A stretch of DNA of 64,000 nucleotides from Eledone cirrhosa (lineage: Eukaryota): the NCBI GenBank assembly GCA_964016885.1, contig OZ024743.1, positions 47,926,001 through 47,990,000 on the forward strand, written 5' to 3'. The translations under genes were made by a program, and so were the position numbers. The notes beneath the pieces were generated by a model that had not been told where the DNA came from, did not search any database, and was given only the letters and a program-made list of their open reading frames with translations. Shown one piece after another: positions 1-16,500 of the stretch (positions are counted from its first letter, which is position 1; each line of letters begins with the position of its first letter).

Positions 1-1549
1 ACCAGCTAGGTTAACAATATATATTACACAACTTAAATTATCACATCCACTACACCAGCTAGGTTAACAATATATATTGCTCAACTTAAATCATCACATC
101 CACTACACCAGCTAGGTTAACAATCTATATTACTCAACTTAAATCATCACCTCCACTACTCCAGCTAGGTTAACAATATATATTACACAACTTAAATCAT
201 CACATCCACTACACCAGCTAGGTTCATATATATTACGCAACTTAAATCATCACTTCCACTACACCAGATAGGTTAACAATATATATTACACAACTTAAAT
301 CATCACATCCACTACACCAGCTAGGTTCATATATATTACACAACTTAAATCATCACATCCACTACACCAAGTAGGTTAACAATATATATTACTCAACTTA
401 AATCATCAAATCCACTACACCAGCTAGGTTAACAATATATATTACACAACTGAAATCATCACATCCACTACACCAGCTAGGTTAACAATATATATTACAC
501 AACTTAAATCATCAAATCCACTACACCAGCTAGGTTAACAATATATATTACACAACTTAAATCATCACATCCACTACACCAGCTAGGTTAACGATATATA
601 TTACACAACTTAAATCATCACATCCACTACACCAGCTAGGTTAACAATATATATTACACAACTGAAATCATCACATCCACTACACCAGCTAGGTTAACAA
701 TATATATTATACAACTTAAATCATCACATCCACTACACCAGCTAGGTTAACAATATATATTATACAACTGAAATCATCACATCCACTACACCAGCTAGGT
801 TAACAATATATATTACACAACTTAAATCATCACATCCACTACACCAGCTAGGTTAACAATATATATTACACAACTTAAATCATCACATCCACTACACCAG
901 CTAGGTTAACAATATATATTACACAACTTAAATCATCACATCCACTACACCAGCTAGGTTAACAATATATATTATACAACTTAAATCATCACATCCACTA
1001 CACCAGCTAGGTTAACAATATATATTACACAACTTAAATCATCACATCCACTACACCAGCTAGGTTAACAATATATATTAGACAACTTAAATCATCACAT
1101 CCACTACACCAGCTAGGTTAACAATATATATTACACAACTTAAATCATCACATCCACTACACCAGCTAGGTTAACAATATATATTACACAACTTAAATCA
1201 TCAAATCCACTACACCAGCTAGGTTAACAATATATATTACACAACTGAAATCATCACATCCACTACACCAGCTAGGTTAACAATCTATATTACTCAACTT
1301 AAATCATCAAATCCACTACACCAGCTAGGTTAACAATATGTATTACACAACTTAAATCATCACATCCACTACACCAAGTAGGTTAACAATATATATTACA
1401 CAACTTAAATCATCACATCCACTACACCAGCTAGGTTAACAATATATGTTACACAACGTAAATCATCACATCCACTACACCAGCTAGATTAATATATATT
1501 ACACAACTTAAATCATCACATCCACTACACCAGCTAGGTTAACAATATA

Positions 1550-4500
1550 TATTACACAACTTAAATAATCACTACCACTACAATAGCTAGGTTAACAATC
1601 TATATTACACAACTTAAATAATCACTACCACTACACCAGCTAGGTTAACAATATATATTACACAACTTAAATAATCACTACCACTACACCAGCTAGGTTA
1701 ACAATATATAGTACACAACTTAAATCATCACATCCACTACACCAGCTAGGTTAACAATATATATTACACAACTTAAATCATCACATCCACTACACCAGCT
1801 AGGTTAACAATATATATTACACAACTTAAATCATCACATCCACTACACCAGCTAGGATAACAATATATATTACTCAACTTAAATCATCAAATCTACTACA
1901 CCAGCTAGGTTAACAATATATATTACTTAACTTAAATCATCAAATCCACTACACCAGCTAGGTTAACAATATATATTATACAACTTAAATCATCACATCC
2001 ACTACACCAGCTAGGTTAACAATATATATTACTCAACTTAAATCATCAAATCTACTACACCAGCTAGGTTAACAATATATATTACTCAACTTAAATCATC
2101 AAATCCACTACACCAGCTAGGTTAACAATATATATTACACAACTTAAATCATCGCATCCACTACACCAGCTAGGTTAACAATATATATTACACAACTTAA
2201 ATCATCACATCCACTACACCAGCTAGGTTAACAATATATATTACACAACTTAAATCATCACATCCACTACACCAAGTAGGTTAACAATATATATTATACA
2301 ACTTAAATCATCACATCCACTACACCAGCTAGGTTAACAATATATATTACACAACTGAAATCATCACATCCACTACACCAGCTAGGTTAACAATATATAT
2401 TACACAACTTAAATCATCGCATCCACTACACCAGCTAGGTTAACAATATATATTACACAACTTAAATCATCACATCCACTACACCAGCTAGGTTAACAAT
2501 ATATATTACACAACGTAAATCATCACATCCACTACACCAGCTAGATTAATATATATTACACAACTTAAATCATCACATCCACTACACCAGCTAGGTTAAC
2601 AATATATATTACACAACTTAAATAATCACATCCACTACAATAGCTAGGTTAACAATATATATTACACAACTTAAATAATCACTACCACTACACCAGCTAG
2701 GTTAACAATATATATTACACAACTTAAATCATCACATCCACTACACCAGCTAGGTTAACAATATATATTACTCTACTTAAATCATCAAATCTACTACAGC
2801 AGCTAGGTTAACAATATATATTACTCAACTTAAATCATCAAATCCACTACACCAGCTAGGTTAACAATATATATTACTCAACTTAAATCATCACATCCAC
2901 TACACCAGCTAGGTTAACAATATATATTACACAACTTAAATCATCACATCCACTACACCAGCTAGGTTAACAATATATATTAGACAACTTAAATCATCAC
3001 ATCCACTACACCAGCTAGGTTAACAATATATATTAGACAACTTAAATCATCACATCCACTACACCAGCTAGGTTAACAATATATATTACACAACTTAAAT
3101 CATCACATCCACTACACCAGCTAGGTTAACAATATATATTACTCAACTTAAATCATCACATCCACTACACCAGCTAGGTTAACAATCTATATTACACAAC
3201 TTAAATCATCACATCCACTATACCAGCTAGGTTAATATATATTTCACAACGTAAATCATCACATCCACTACACCAGCTAGGTTAATATATATTACACAAC
3301 TTAAATCATCACATCCACTACACCAGCTAGGTTAACAATATATATTACACAACTTAAATCATCACATCCACTACACCAGCTAGGTTAATATATATTACAC
3401 AACATAAATCATCACATCCACTACACCAGCTAGGTTAACAATATATATTACACAACTTAAATCATCACATCCACTACACCAGCTAGGTTAACAATATATA
3501 TTACACAACTTAAATCATCACATCCACTACACCAGCTAGGTTAACAATATATATTACACAACTTAAATCATCACATCCACTACACCAGCTAGGTTAACAA
3601 TCTATATTACTCAACTTAAATCATCACATCCACTACACCAGCTAGGTTAACAATATATATTACACAACTTAAATCATCACATCCACTACATCAGCAAAGG
3701 TTAACAATATATATTACACAACTTAAATCATCACATCCACTACACCAGCTATGTTAACAATATATATTACACAACTTAAATCATCACATCCACTACACCA
3801 GCTTGGTTAACAATATATATTACACAACTTAAATCATCACATCCACTACATCAGCAAAGGTTAACAATATATATTACACAACTTAAATCATCACATCCAC
3901 TACACCAGCTATGTTAACAATATATATTACACAACTTAAATCATCACATCCACTACACCAGCTAGGTTAACAATATATATTACACAACTTAAATCATCAC
4001 ATCCACTACACCAGCTAGGTTAACAATATATATTACACAACTTAAATCATCACATCCACTACACCAGCTAGGTTAACAATATATATTACTCAACTTAAAT
4101 CATCAAATCTACTACACCAGCTAGGTTAACAATATATATTACTCAACTTAAATCATCAAATCCACTACACCAGCTAGGTTAACAATATATATTATACAAC
4201 TTAAATCATCACATCCACTACACCAGCTAGGTTAACAATATATATTATACAACTTAAATCATCACATCCACTACACCAGCTAGGTTAACAATATATATTA
4301 CACAACTTAAATCATCACATCCACTACACCAGCTAGGTTAATATATATTACACAACTTAAATGATCACATCCACTACAACAGCTAGGTTAATATATATTA
4401 CACAACTTAAATCATCACATCCACTACATCAGCTAGTTTAACAATATATATTACACAACTTAAATCATCACATCCACTACACCAGCTAGGTTAACAATAT

Positions 4501-7500
4501 ATAGTACACAACTTAAAACATCAAATCCACTACACCAGCTAGGCTAACAATATATATTACACAACTTAAATCATCACATCCACTACACCAGCTAGGTTAA
4601 CAATCTATATTACTCAACTTAAATCATCACATCCACTACACCAGCTAGGTTAACAATATATATTACACAACTTAAATCATCACATCCACTACATCAGCTA
4701 GGTTAACAATATATATTACACAACATAAATCATCACATCCACTACACCAAGTAGGTTAACAATATATATTACACAACTTAAATCATCACATCCACTACAC
4801 CAGCTAGGTTAACAATATATATTATACAACTTAAATCATCACATCCACTACACCAGCTAGGTTAACAATATATATTACACAACTTAAATCATCACATCCA
4901 CTACACCAGCTAGGTTAACAATATATATTACACAACTTAAATCATCACATCCACTATACCAGCTAGGTTAACAATATATATTACACAACTTAAATCATCA
5001 CATCCACTACACCAGCTAGGTTAATATATATTACACAACTTAAATCATCACATCCACTACACCAGCTAGGTTAACAATATATATTACTCAACTTAAATCA
5101 TCACATCCACTACACCAGCTAGGTTAACAATCTATATTACTCAATTTAAATCATCACATCCACTACACCAGCTAGGTTAACAATATATATTACACAACTT
5201 AAATCATCACATCCACTACACCAGCTAGGTTAACAATATATATTACTCAACTTAAATCATCACATCCACTACACCAGCTAGGTTAACAATCTATATTACA
5301 CAACTTAAATCATCACATCCACTACACCAGCTAGGTTAATATATATTACACAACGTAAATCATCACATCCACTACACCAGCTAGGTTAATATATATTACA
5401 CAACTTAAATCATCACATCCACTACACCATCTAGGTTAACAATATATATTACACAACTTAAATCATCACATCCACTACACCAGCCTGGTTAATATATATT
5501 ACACAACATAAATCATCACATCCACTACACCAGCTAGGTTAACAATATATATTACACAACTTAAATCATCACATCCCCTACACCAGCTAGGTTAACAATA
5601 TATATTACACAACTTAAATCATCAGATCCACTACACCAGCTAGGTTAACAATCTATATTACTCAACTTAAATCATCACATCCACTACACCAGCTAGGTTA
5701 ACAATATATATTACACAACTTAAATCATCACATCCACTACATCAGCAAAGGTTAACAATATATATTACACAACTTAAATCATCACATCCACTACACCAGC
5801 TATGTTAACAATATATATTACACAACTTAAATCATCACATCCACTACACCAGCTTGGTTAACAATATATATTACACAACTTAAATCATCACATCCACTAC
5901 ATCAGCAAAGGTTAACAATATATATTACACAACTTAAATCATCACATCCACTACACCAGCTAGGTTAACAATATATATTACACAACTTAAATGATCACAT
6001 CCACTACACCAGCTAGGTTAATATATATTACACAACTTAAATCATCACATCCACTACACCAGCTAGGTTAACAATCTATATTACGCAACTTAAATCATCA
6101 CATCCACTACACCAGCTAGGTTAATATATATTACACAACTTAAATGATCACATCCACTACACCAGCTAGGTTAATATATATTACACAACTTAAATCATCA
6201 CATCCACTACATCAGCTAGGTTAACAATATATATTACACAACTTAAATCATCACATCCACTACACCAGCTAGGTTAACAATATATAGTACACAACGTAAA
6301 TCATCACATCCACTACACCAGCTAGATTAATATATATTACACAACTTAAATCATCACATCCACTACACCAGCTAGGTTAACAATATATATTACACAACTT
6401 AAATCATCACATCCACTACACCAGCTAGGTTAATATATATTACACAACTTAAATCATCACATCCACTACATCAGCTAGGTTAACAATATATATTACACAA
6501 CTTAAATCATCACATCCACTACACCAGCTAGGTTAACAATATATAGTACACAACGTAAATCATCACATCCACTACACCAGCTAGATTAATATATATTACA
6601 CAACTTAAATCATCACATCCACTACACCAGCTAGGTTAATATATATTACACAACTTAAATGATCACATCCACTACACCAGCTAGGTTAATATATATTACA
6701 CAACTTAAATCATCACATCCACTACACCAGCTAGGTTAACAATCTATATTACTCAACTTAAATCATCACATCCACTACACCAGCTAGGTTAATATATATT
6801 ACACAACTTAAATGATCACATCCACTACACCAGCTAGGTGAATATATATTACACAACTTAAATCTTCACATCCACTACATCAGCTAGGTTAACAATATAT
6901 ATTACACAACTTAAATCATCACATCCACTACACCAGCTAGGTTAACAATCTATATTACTCAACTTAAATCATCACATCCACTACACCAGCTAGGTTAACA
7001 ATATATATTATACAACTTAAATCATCACATCCACTACACCAGCTAGGTTAACAATATATATTACACAACTTAAATCATCACATCCACTACACCAGCTAGG
7101 TTAACAATATATATTACACAACTTAAATCATCACATCCACTACACCAGCTAGGTTAACAATATATATTACACAACTTAAATCATCACATCCACTACACCA
7201 GCTAGGTTAATATATATTACACAACTTAAATCATCACATCCACTACACCAGCTAGGTTAACAATATATATTACTCAACTTAAATTATCACATCCACTACA
7301 CCAGCTAGGTTAACAATCTATATTACTCAATTTAAATCATCACATCCACTACACCAGCTAGGTTAACAATATATATTACACAACTTAAATCATCACATCC
7401 ACTACACCAGCTAGGTTAACAATATATGTTACTCAACTTAAATCATCACATCCACTACACCAGCTAGGTTAACAATCTATATTACACAACTTAAATCATC

Positions 7501-10500
7501 ACATCCACTACACCAGCTAGGTTAATATATATTACACAACGTAAATCATCACATCCACTACACCAGCTAGGTTAATATATATTACACAACTTAAATCATC
7601 ACATCCACTACACCAGCTAGGTTAACAATATATATTACACAACTTAAATCATCACATCCACTACACCAGCCTGGTTAATATATATTACACAACATAAATC
7701 ATCACATCCACTACACCAGCTAGGTTAACAATATATATTACACAACTTAAATCATCACATCCACTACACCAGCTAGGTTAACAATCTATATTACTCAACT
7801 TAAATCATCACATCCACTACACCAGCTAGGTTAACAATATATATTACACAACTTAAATCATCACATCCACTACATCAGCAAAGGTTAACAATATATATTA
7901 CACAACTTAAATCATCACATCCACTACACCAGCTATGTTAACAATATATATTACACAACTTAAATCATCACATCCACTACACCAGCTAGGTTAACAATAT
8001 ATATTACACAACTTAAATCATCACATCCACTACATCAGCAAAGGTTAACAATATATATTACACAACTTAAATCATCACATCCACTACACCAGCTATGTTA
8101 ACAATATATATTACACAACTTAAATCATCACATCCACTACACCAGCTAGGTTAACAATATATATTACACAACTTAAATCATCACATCCACTACACCAGCT
8201 AGGTTAACAATCTATATTACACAACTTAAATGATCACATCCACTACACCAGCTAGGTTAATATATATTACACAACTTAAATCATCACATCCACTACACCA
8301 GCTAGGTTAACAATCTATATTACTCAACTTAAATCATCACATCCAGTACACCAGCTAGGTTAATATATATTACACAACTTAAATGATCACATCCACTACA
8401 CCAGCTAGGTTAATATATATTACACAACTTAAATCATCACATCCACTACATCAGCTAGGTTAACAATATATATTACACAACTTAAATCATCACATCCACT
8501 ACACCAGCTAGGTTAACAATATATAGTACACAACTTAAAACATCAAATCCACTACACCAGCTAGCCTAACAATATATATTACACAACTTAAATCATCACA
8601 TCCACTACACCAGCTAGGTTAACAATCTATATTACTCAACTTAAATCATCACATCCACTACACCAGCTAGGTTAACAATATATATTACACAACTTAAATC
8701 ATCACATCCACTACATCAGCTAGGTTAACAATATATATTACACAACATAAATCATCACATCCACTACACCAAGTAGGTTAACAATATATATTACACAACT
8801 TAAATCATCACATCCACTACACCAGCTAGGTTAACAATATATATTATACAACTTAAATCATCACATCCACTACACCAGCTAGGTTAACAATATATATTAC
8901 ACAACTTAAATCATCACATCCACTACACCAGCTAGGTTAACAATATATATTACACAACTTAAATCATCACATCCACTACACCAGCTAGGTTAACAATATA
9001 TATTACACAACTTAAATCATCACATCCACTACACCAGCTAGGTTAATATATATTACACAACTTAAATCATCACATCCACTACACCAGCTAGGTTAACAAT
9101 ATATATTACACAACTTAAATCATCACATCCGGTACACCAGCTAGGTTACCAATATATATTACACAACTTAAATCATCACATCCACTACAGCAGCTAGGTT
9201 AACAATATATATTACACAACTTAAATCATCACATCCACTACACCAGCTAGGTTAATATATATTACACAACTTAAATCATCACATCCACTACACCAGCTAG
9301 GTTAACAATATATATTACACAACTTAAATCATCACATCCAGTACACCAGCTAGGTTACCAATATATATTACACAACTTAAATCATCACATCCACTACAGC
9401 AGCTAGGTTAACAATATATATTACACAACTTAAATCATCACATCCACTACACCAGCTAGGTTAACAATATATATTACACAACGTAAATCATCACATCCAC
9501 TACACCAGCTAGATTAATATATATTACACAACTTAAATCATCACATCCACTACACCAGCTAGGTTAACAATATATATTACACAACTTAAATAATCACTAC
9601 CACTACAATAGCTAGGTTAACAATCTATATTACACAACTTAAATCATCACATCCACTACACCAGCTAGGTTAACAATATATATTACACAACTTAAATCAT
9701 CACATCCACTACACCAGCTAGGATAACAATATATATTACTCAACTTAAATCATCAAATCTACTACACCAGCTAGGTTAACAATATATATTACTTAACTTA
9801 AATCATCAAATCCACTACACCAGCTAGGTTAACAATATATATTATACAACTTAAATCATCACATCCACTACACCAGCTAGGTTAACAATATATATTACTC
9901 AACTTAAATCATCAAATCTACTACACCAGCTAGGTTAACAATATATATTACTCAACTTAAATCATCAAATCCACTACACCAGCTAGGTTAACAATATATA
10001 TTATACAACTTAAATCATCACATCCACTACACCAGCTAGGTTAACAATATATATTACACAACTGAAATCATCACATCCACTACACCAGCTAGGTTAACAA
10101 TATATATTACACAACTTAAATCATCGCATCCACTACACCAGCTAGGTTAACAATATATATTACACAACTTAAATCATCACATCCACTACACCAGCTAGGT
10201 TAACAATATATATTACACAACGTAAATCATCACATCCACTACACCAGCTAGATTAATATATATTACACAACTTAAATCATCACATCCACTACACCAGCTA
10301 GGTTAACAATATATATTACACAACTTAAATAATCACTACCACTACAATAGCTAGGTTAACAATATATATTACACAACTTAAATAATCACTACCACTACAC
10401 CAGCTAGGTTAACAATATATATTACACAACTTAAATCATCACATCCACTACACCAGCTAGGTTAACAATATATATTACTCTACTTAAATCATCAAATCTA

Positions 10501-13500
10501 CTACAGCAGCTAGGTTAACAATATATATTACTCAACTTAAATCATCAAATCCACTACACCAGCTAGGTTAACAATATATATTACTCAACTTAAATCATCA
10601 CATCCACTACACCAGCTAGGTTAACAATATATATTACACAACTTAAATCATCACATCCACTACACCAGCTAGGTTAACAATATATATTAGACAACTTAAA
10701 TCATCACATCCACTACACCAGCTAGGTTAACAATATATATTAGACAACTTAAATCATCACATCCACTACACCAGCTAGGTTAACAATATATATTACACAA
10801 CTTAAATCATCACATCCACTACACCAGCTAGGTTAACAATATATATTACTCAACTTAAATCATCACATCCACTACACCAGCTAGGTTAACAATCTATATT
10901 ACACAACTTAAATCATCACATCCACTATACCAGCTAGGTTAATATATATTTCACAACGTAAATCATCACATCCACTACACCAGCTAGGTTAATATATATT
11001 ACACAACTTAAATCATCACATCCACTACACCAGCTAGGTTAACAATATATATTACACAACTTAAATCATCACATCCACTACACCAGCTAGGTTAATATAT
11101 ATTACACAACATAAATCATCACATCCACTACACCAGCTAGGTTAACAATATATATTACACAACTTAAATCATCACATCCACTACACCAGCTAGGTTAACA
11201 ATATATATTACACAACTTAAATCATCACATCCACTACACCAGCTAGGTTAACAATATATATTACACAACTTAAATCATCACATCCACTACACCAGCTAGG
11301 TTAACAATCTATATTACTCAACTTAAATCATCACATCCACTACACCAGCTAGGTTAACAATATATATTACACAACTTAAATCATCACATCCACTACATCA
11401 GCAAAGGTTAACAATATATATTACACAACTTAAATCATCACATCCACTACACCAGCTATGTTAACAATATATATTACACAACTTAAATCATCACATCCAC
11501 TACACCAGCTTGGTTAACAATATATATTACACAACTTAAATCATCACATCCACTACATCAGCAAAGGTTAACAATATATATTACACAACTTAAATCATCA
11601 CATCCACTACACCAGCTATGTTAACAATATATATTACACAACTTAAATCATCACATCCACTACACCAGCTAGGTTAACAATATATATTACACAACTTAAA
11701 TCATCACATCCACTACACCAGCTAGGTTAACAATATATATTACACAACTTAAATCATCACATCCACTACACCAGCTAGGTTAACAATATATATTACTCAA
11801 CTTAAATCATCAAATCTACTACACCAGCTAGGTTAACAATATATATTACTCAACTTAAATCATCAAATCCACTACACCAGCTAGGTTAACAATATATATT
11901 ATACAACTTAAATCATCACATCCACTACACCAGCTAGGTTAACAATATATATTATACAACTTAAATCATCACATCCACTACACCAGCTAGGTTAACAATA
12001 TATATTACACAACTTAAATCATCACATCCACTACACCAGCTAGGTTAATATATATTACACAACTTAAATGATCACATCCACTACAACAGCTAGGTTAATA
12101 TATATTACACAACTTAAATCATCACATCCACTACATCAGCTAGTTTAACAATATATATTACACAACTTAAATCATCACATCCACTACACCAGCTAGGTTA
12201 ACAATATATAGTACACAACTTAAAACATCAAATCCACTACACCAGCTAGGCTAACAATATATATTACACAACTTAAATCATCACATCCACTACACCAGCT
12301 AGGTTAACAATCTATATTACTCAACTTAAATCATCACATCCACTACACCAGCTAGGTTAACAATATATATTACACAACTTAAATCATCACATCCACTACA
12401 TCAGCTAGGTTAACAATATATATTACACAACATAAATCATCACATCCACTACACCAAGTAGGTTAACAATATATATTACACAACTTAAATCATCACATCC
12501 ACTACACCAGCTAGGTTAACAATATATATTATACAACTTAAATCATCACATCCACTACACCAGCTAGGTTAACAATATATATTACACAACTTAAATCATC
12601 ACATCCACTACACCAGCTAGGTTAACAATATATATTACACAACTTAAATCATCACATCCACTATACCAGCTAGGTTAACAATATATATTACACAACTTAA
12701 ATCATCACATCCACTACACCAGCTAGGTTAATATATATTACACAACTTAAATCATCACATCCACTACACCAGCTAGGTTAACAATATATATTACTCAACT
12801 TAAATCATCACATCCACTACACCAGCTAGGTTAACAATCTATATTACTCAATTTAAATCATCACATCCACTACACCAGCTAGGTTAACAATATATATTAC
12901 ACAACTTAAATCATCACATCCACTACACCAGCTAGGTTAACAATATATATTACTCAACTTAAATCATCACATCCACTACACCAGCTAGGTTAACAATCTA
13001 TATTACACAACTTAAATCATCACATCCACTACACCAGCTAGGTTAATATATATTACACAACGTAAATCATCACATCCACTACACCAGCTAGGTTAATATA
13101 TATTACACAACTTAAATCATCACATCCACTACACCATCTAGGTTAACAATATATATTACACAACTTAAATCATCACATCCACTACACCAGCCTGGTTAAT
13201 ATATATTACACAACATAAATCATCACATCCACTACACCAGCTAGGTTAACAATATATATTACACAACTTAAATCATCACATCCCCTACACCAGCTAGGTT
13301 AACAATATATATTACACAACTTAAATCATCAGATCCACTACACCAGCTAGGTTAACAATCTATATTACTCAACTTAAATCATCACATCCACTACACCAGC
13401 TAGGTTAACAATATATATTACACAACTTAAATCATCACATCCACTACATCAGCAAAGGTTAACAATATATATTACACAACTTAAATCATCACATCCACTA

Positions 13501-16500
13501 CACCAGCTATGTTAACAATATATATTACACAACTTAAATCATCACATCCACTACACCAGCTTGGTTAACAATATATATTACACAACTTAAATCATCACAT
13601 CCACTACATCAGCAAAGGTTAACAATATATATTACACAACTTAAATCATCACATCCACTACACCAGCTAGGTTAACAATATATATTACACAACTTAAATG
13701 ATCACATCCACTACACCAGCTAGGTTAATATATATTACACAACTTAAATCATCACATCCACTACACCAGCTAGGTTAACAATCTATATTACTCAACTTAA
13801 ATCATCACATCCACTACACCAGCTAGGTTAATATATATTACACAACTTAAATGATCACATCCACTACACCAGCTAGGTTAATATATATTACACAACTTAA
13901 ATCATCACATCCACTACATCAGCTAGGTTAACAATATATATTACACAACTTAAATCATCACATCCACTACACCAGCTAGGTTAACAATATATAGTACACA
14001 ACGTAAATCATCACATCCACTACACCAGCTAGATTAATATATATTACACAACTTAAATCATCACATCCACTACACCAGCTAGGTTAACAATATATATTAC
14101 ACAACTTAAATCATCACATCCACTACATCAGCTAGGTTAACAATATATATTACACAACATAAATCATCACATCCACTACACCAGCTATGTTAACAATATA
14201 TATTACACAACTTAAATCATCACATCCACTACACCAGCTAGGTTAACAATATATATTACACAACTTAAATCATCACATCCACTACACCAGCTAGGTTAAC
14301 AATATATATTACACAACTTAAATGATCACATCCACTACACCAGCTAGGTTAATATATATTACACAACTTAAATCATCACATCCACTACACCAGCTAGGTT
14401 AACAATCTATATTACTCAACTTAAATCATCACATCCACTACACCAGCTAGGTTAATATATATTACACAACTTAAATGATCACATCCACTACACCAGCTAG
14501 GTGAATATATATTACACAACTTAAATCTTCACATCCACTACATCAGCTAGGTTAACAATATATATTACACAACTTAAATCATCACATCCACTACACCAGC
14601 TAGGTTAACAATCTATATTACTCAACTTAAATCATCACATCCACTACACCAGCTAGGTTAACAATATATATTATACAACTTAAATCATCACATCCACTAC
14701 ACCAGCTAGGTTAACAATATATATTACACAACTTAAATCATCACATCCACTACACCAGCTAGGTTAACAATATATATTACACAACTTAAATCATCACATC
14801 CACTACACCAGCTAGGTTAACAATATATATTACACAACTTAAATCATCACATCCACTACACCAGCTAGGTTAATATATATTACACAACTTAAATCATCAC
14901 ATCCACTACACCAGCTAGGTTAACAATATATATTACACAACTTAAATAATCACTACCACTACAATAGCTAGGTTAACAATCTATATTACACAACTTAAAT
15001 AATCACTACCACTACACCAGCTAGGTTAACAATATATATTACACAACTTAAATAATCACTACCACTACACCAGCTAGGTTAACAATATATAGTACACAAC
15101 TTAAATCATCACATCCACTACACCAGCTAGGTTAACAATATATATTACACAACTTAAATCATCACATCCACTACACCAGCTAGGTTAACAATATATATTA
15201 CACAACTTAAATCATCACATCCACTACACCAGCTAGGATAACAATATATATTACTCAACTTAAATCATCAAATCTACTACACCAGCTAGGTTAACAATAT
15301 ATATTACTTAACTTAAATCATCAAATCCACTACACCAGCTAGGTTAACAATATATATTATACAACTTAAATCATCACATCCACTACACCAGCTAGGTTAA
15401 CAATATATATTACTCAACTTAAATCATCAAATCTACTACACCAGCTAGGTTAACAATATATATTACTCAACTTAAATCATCAAATCCACTACACCAGCTA
15501 GGTTAACAATATATATTATACAACTTAAATCATCACATCCACTACACCAGCTAGGTTAACAATATATATTACACAACTGAAATCATCACATCCACTACAC
15601 CAGCTAGGTTAACAATATATATTACACAACTTAAATCATCGCATCCACTACACCAGCTAGGTTAACAATATATATTACACAACTTAAATCATCACATCCA
15701 CTACACCAGCTAGGTTAACAATATATATTACACAACGTAAATCATCACATCCACTACACCAGCTAGATTAATATATATTACACAACTTAAATCATCACAT
15801 CCACTACACCAGCTAGGTTAACAATATATATTACACAACTTAAATAATCACTACCACTACAATAGCTAGGTTAACAATATATATTACACAACTTAAATAA
15901 TCACTACCACTACACCAGCTAGGTTAACAATATATATTACACAACTTAAATCATCACATCCACTACACCAGCTAGGTTAACAATATATATTACTCTACTT
16001 AAATCATCAAATCTACTACAGCAGCTAGGTTAACAATATATATTACTCAACTTAAATCATCAAATCCACTACACCAGCTAGGTTAACAATATATATTACT
16101 CAACTTAAATCATCACATCCACTACACCAGCTAGGTTAACAATATATATTACACAACTTAAATCATCACATCCACTACACCAGCTAGGTTAACAATATAT
16201 ATTAGACAACTTAAATCATCACATCCACTACACCAGCTAGGTTAACAATATATATTAGACAACTTAAATCATCACATCCACTACACCAGCTAGGTTAACA
16301 ATATATATTACACAACTTAAATCATCACATCCACTACACCAGCTAGGTTAACAATATATATTACTCAACTTAAATCATCACATCCACTACACCAGCTAGG
16401 TTAACAATCTATATTACACAACTTAAATCATCACATCCACTATACCAGCTAGGTTAATATATATTTCACAACGTAAATCATCACATCCATTACACCAGCT

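Noticed and set aside
16-25. TATA-like promoter element (TATATAT) in every monomer
   Set aside because: It is expected in AT-rich sequence, and there is no downstream gene or other supporting element.
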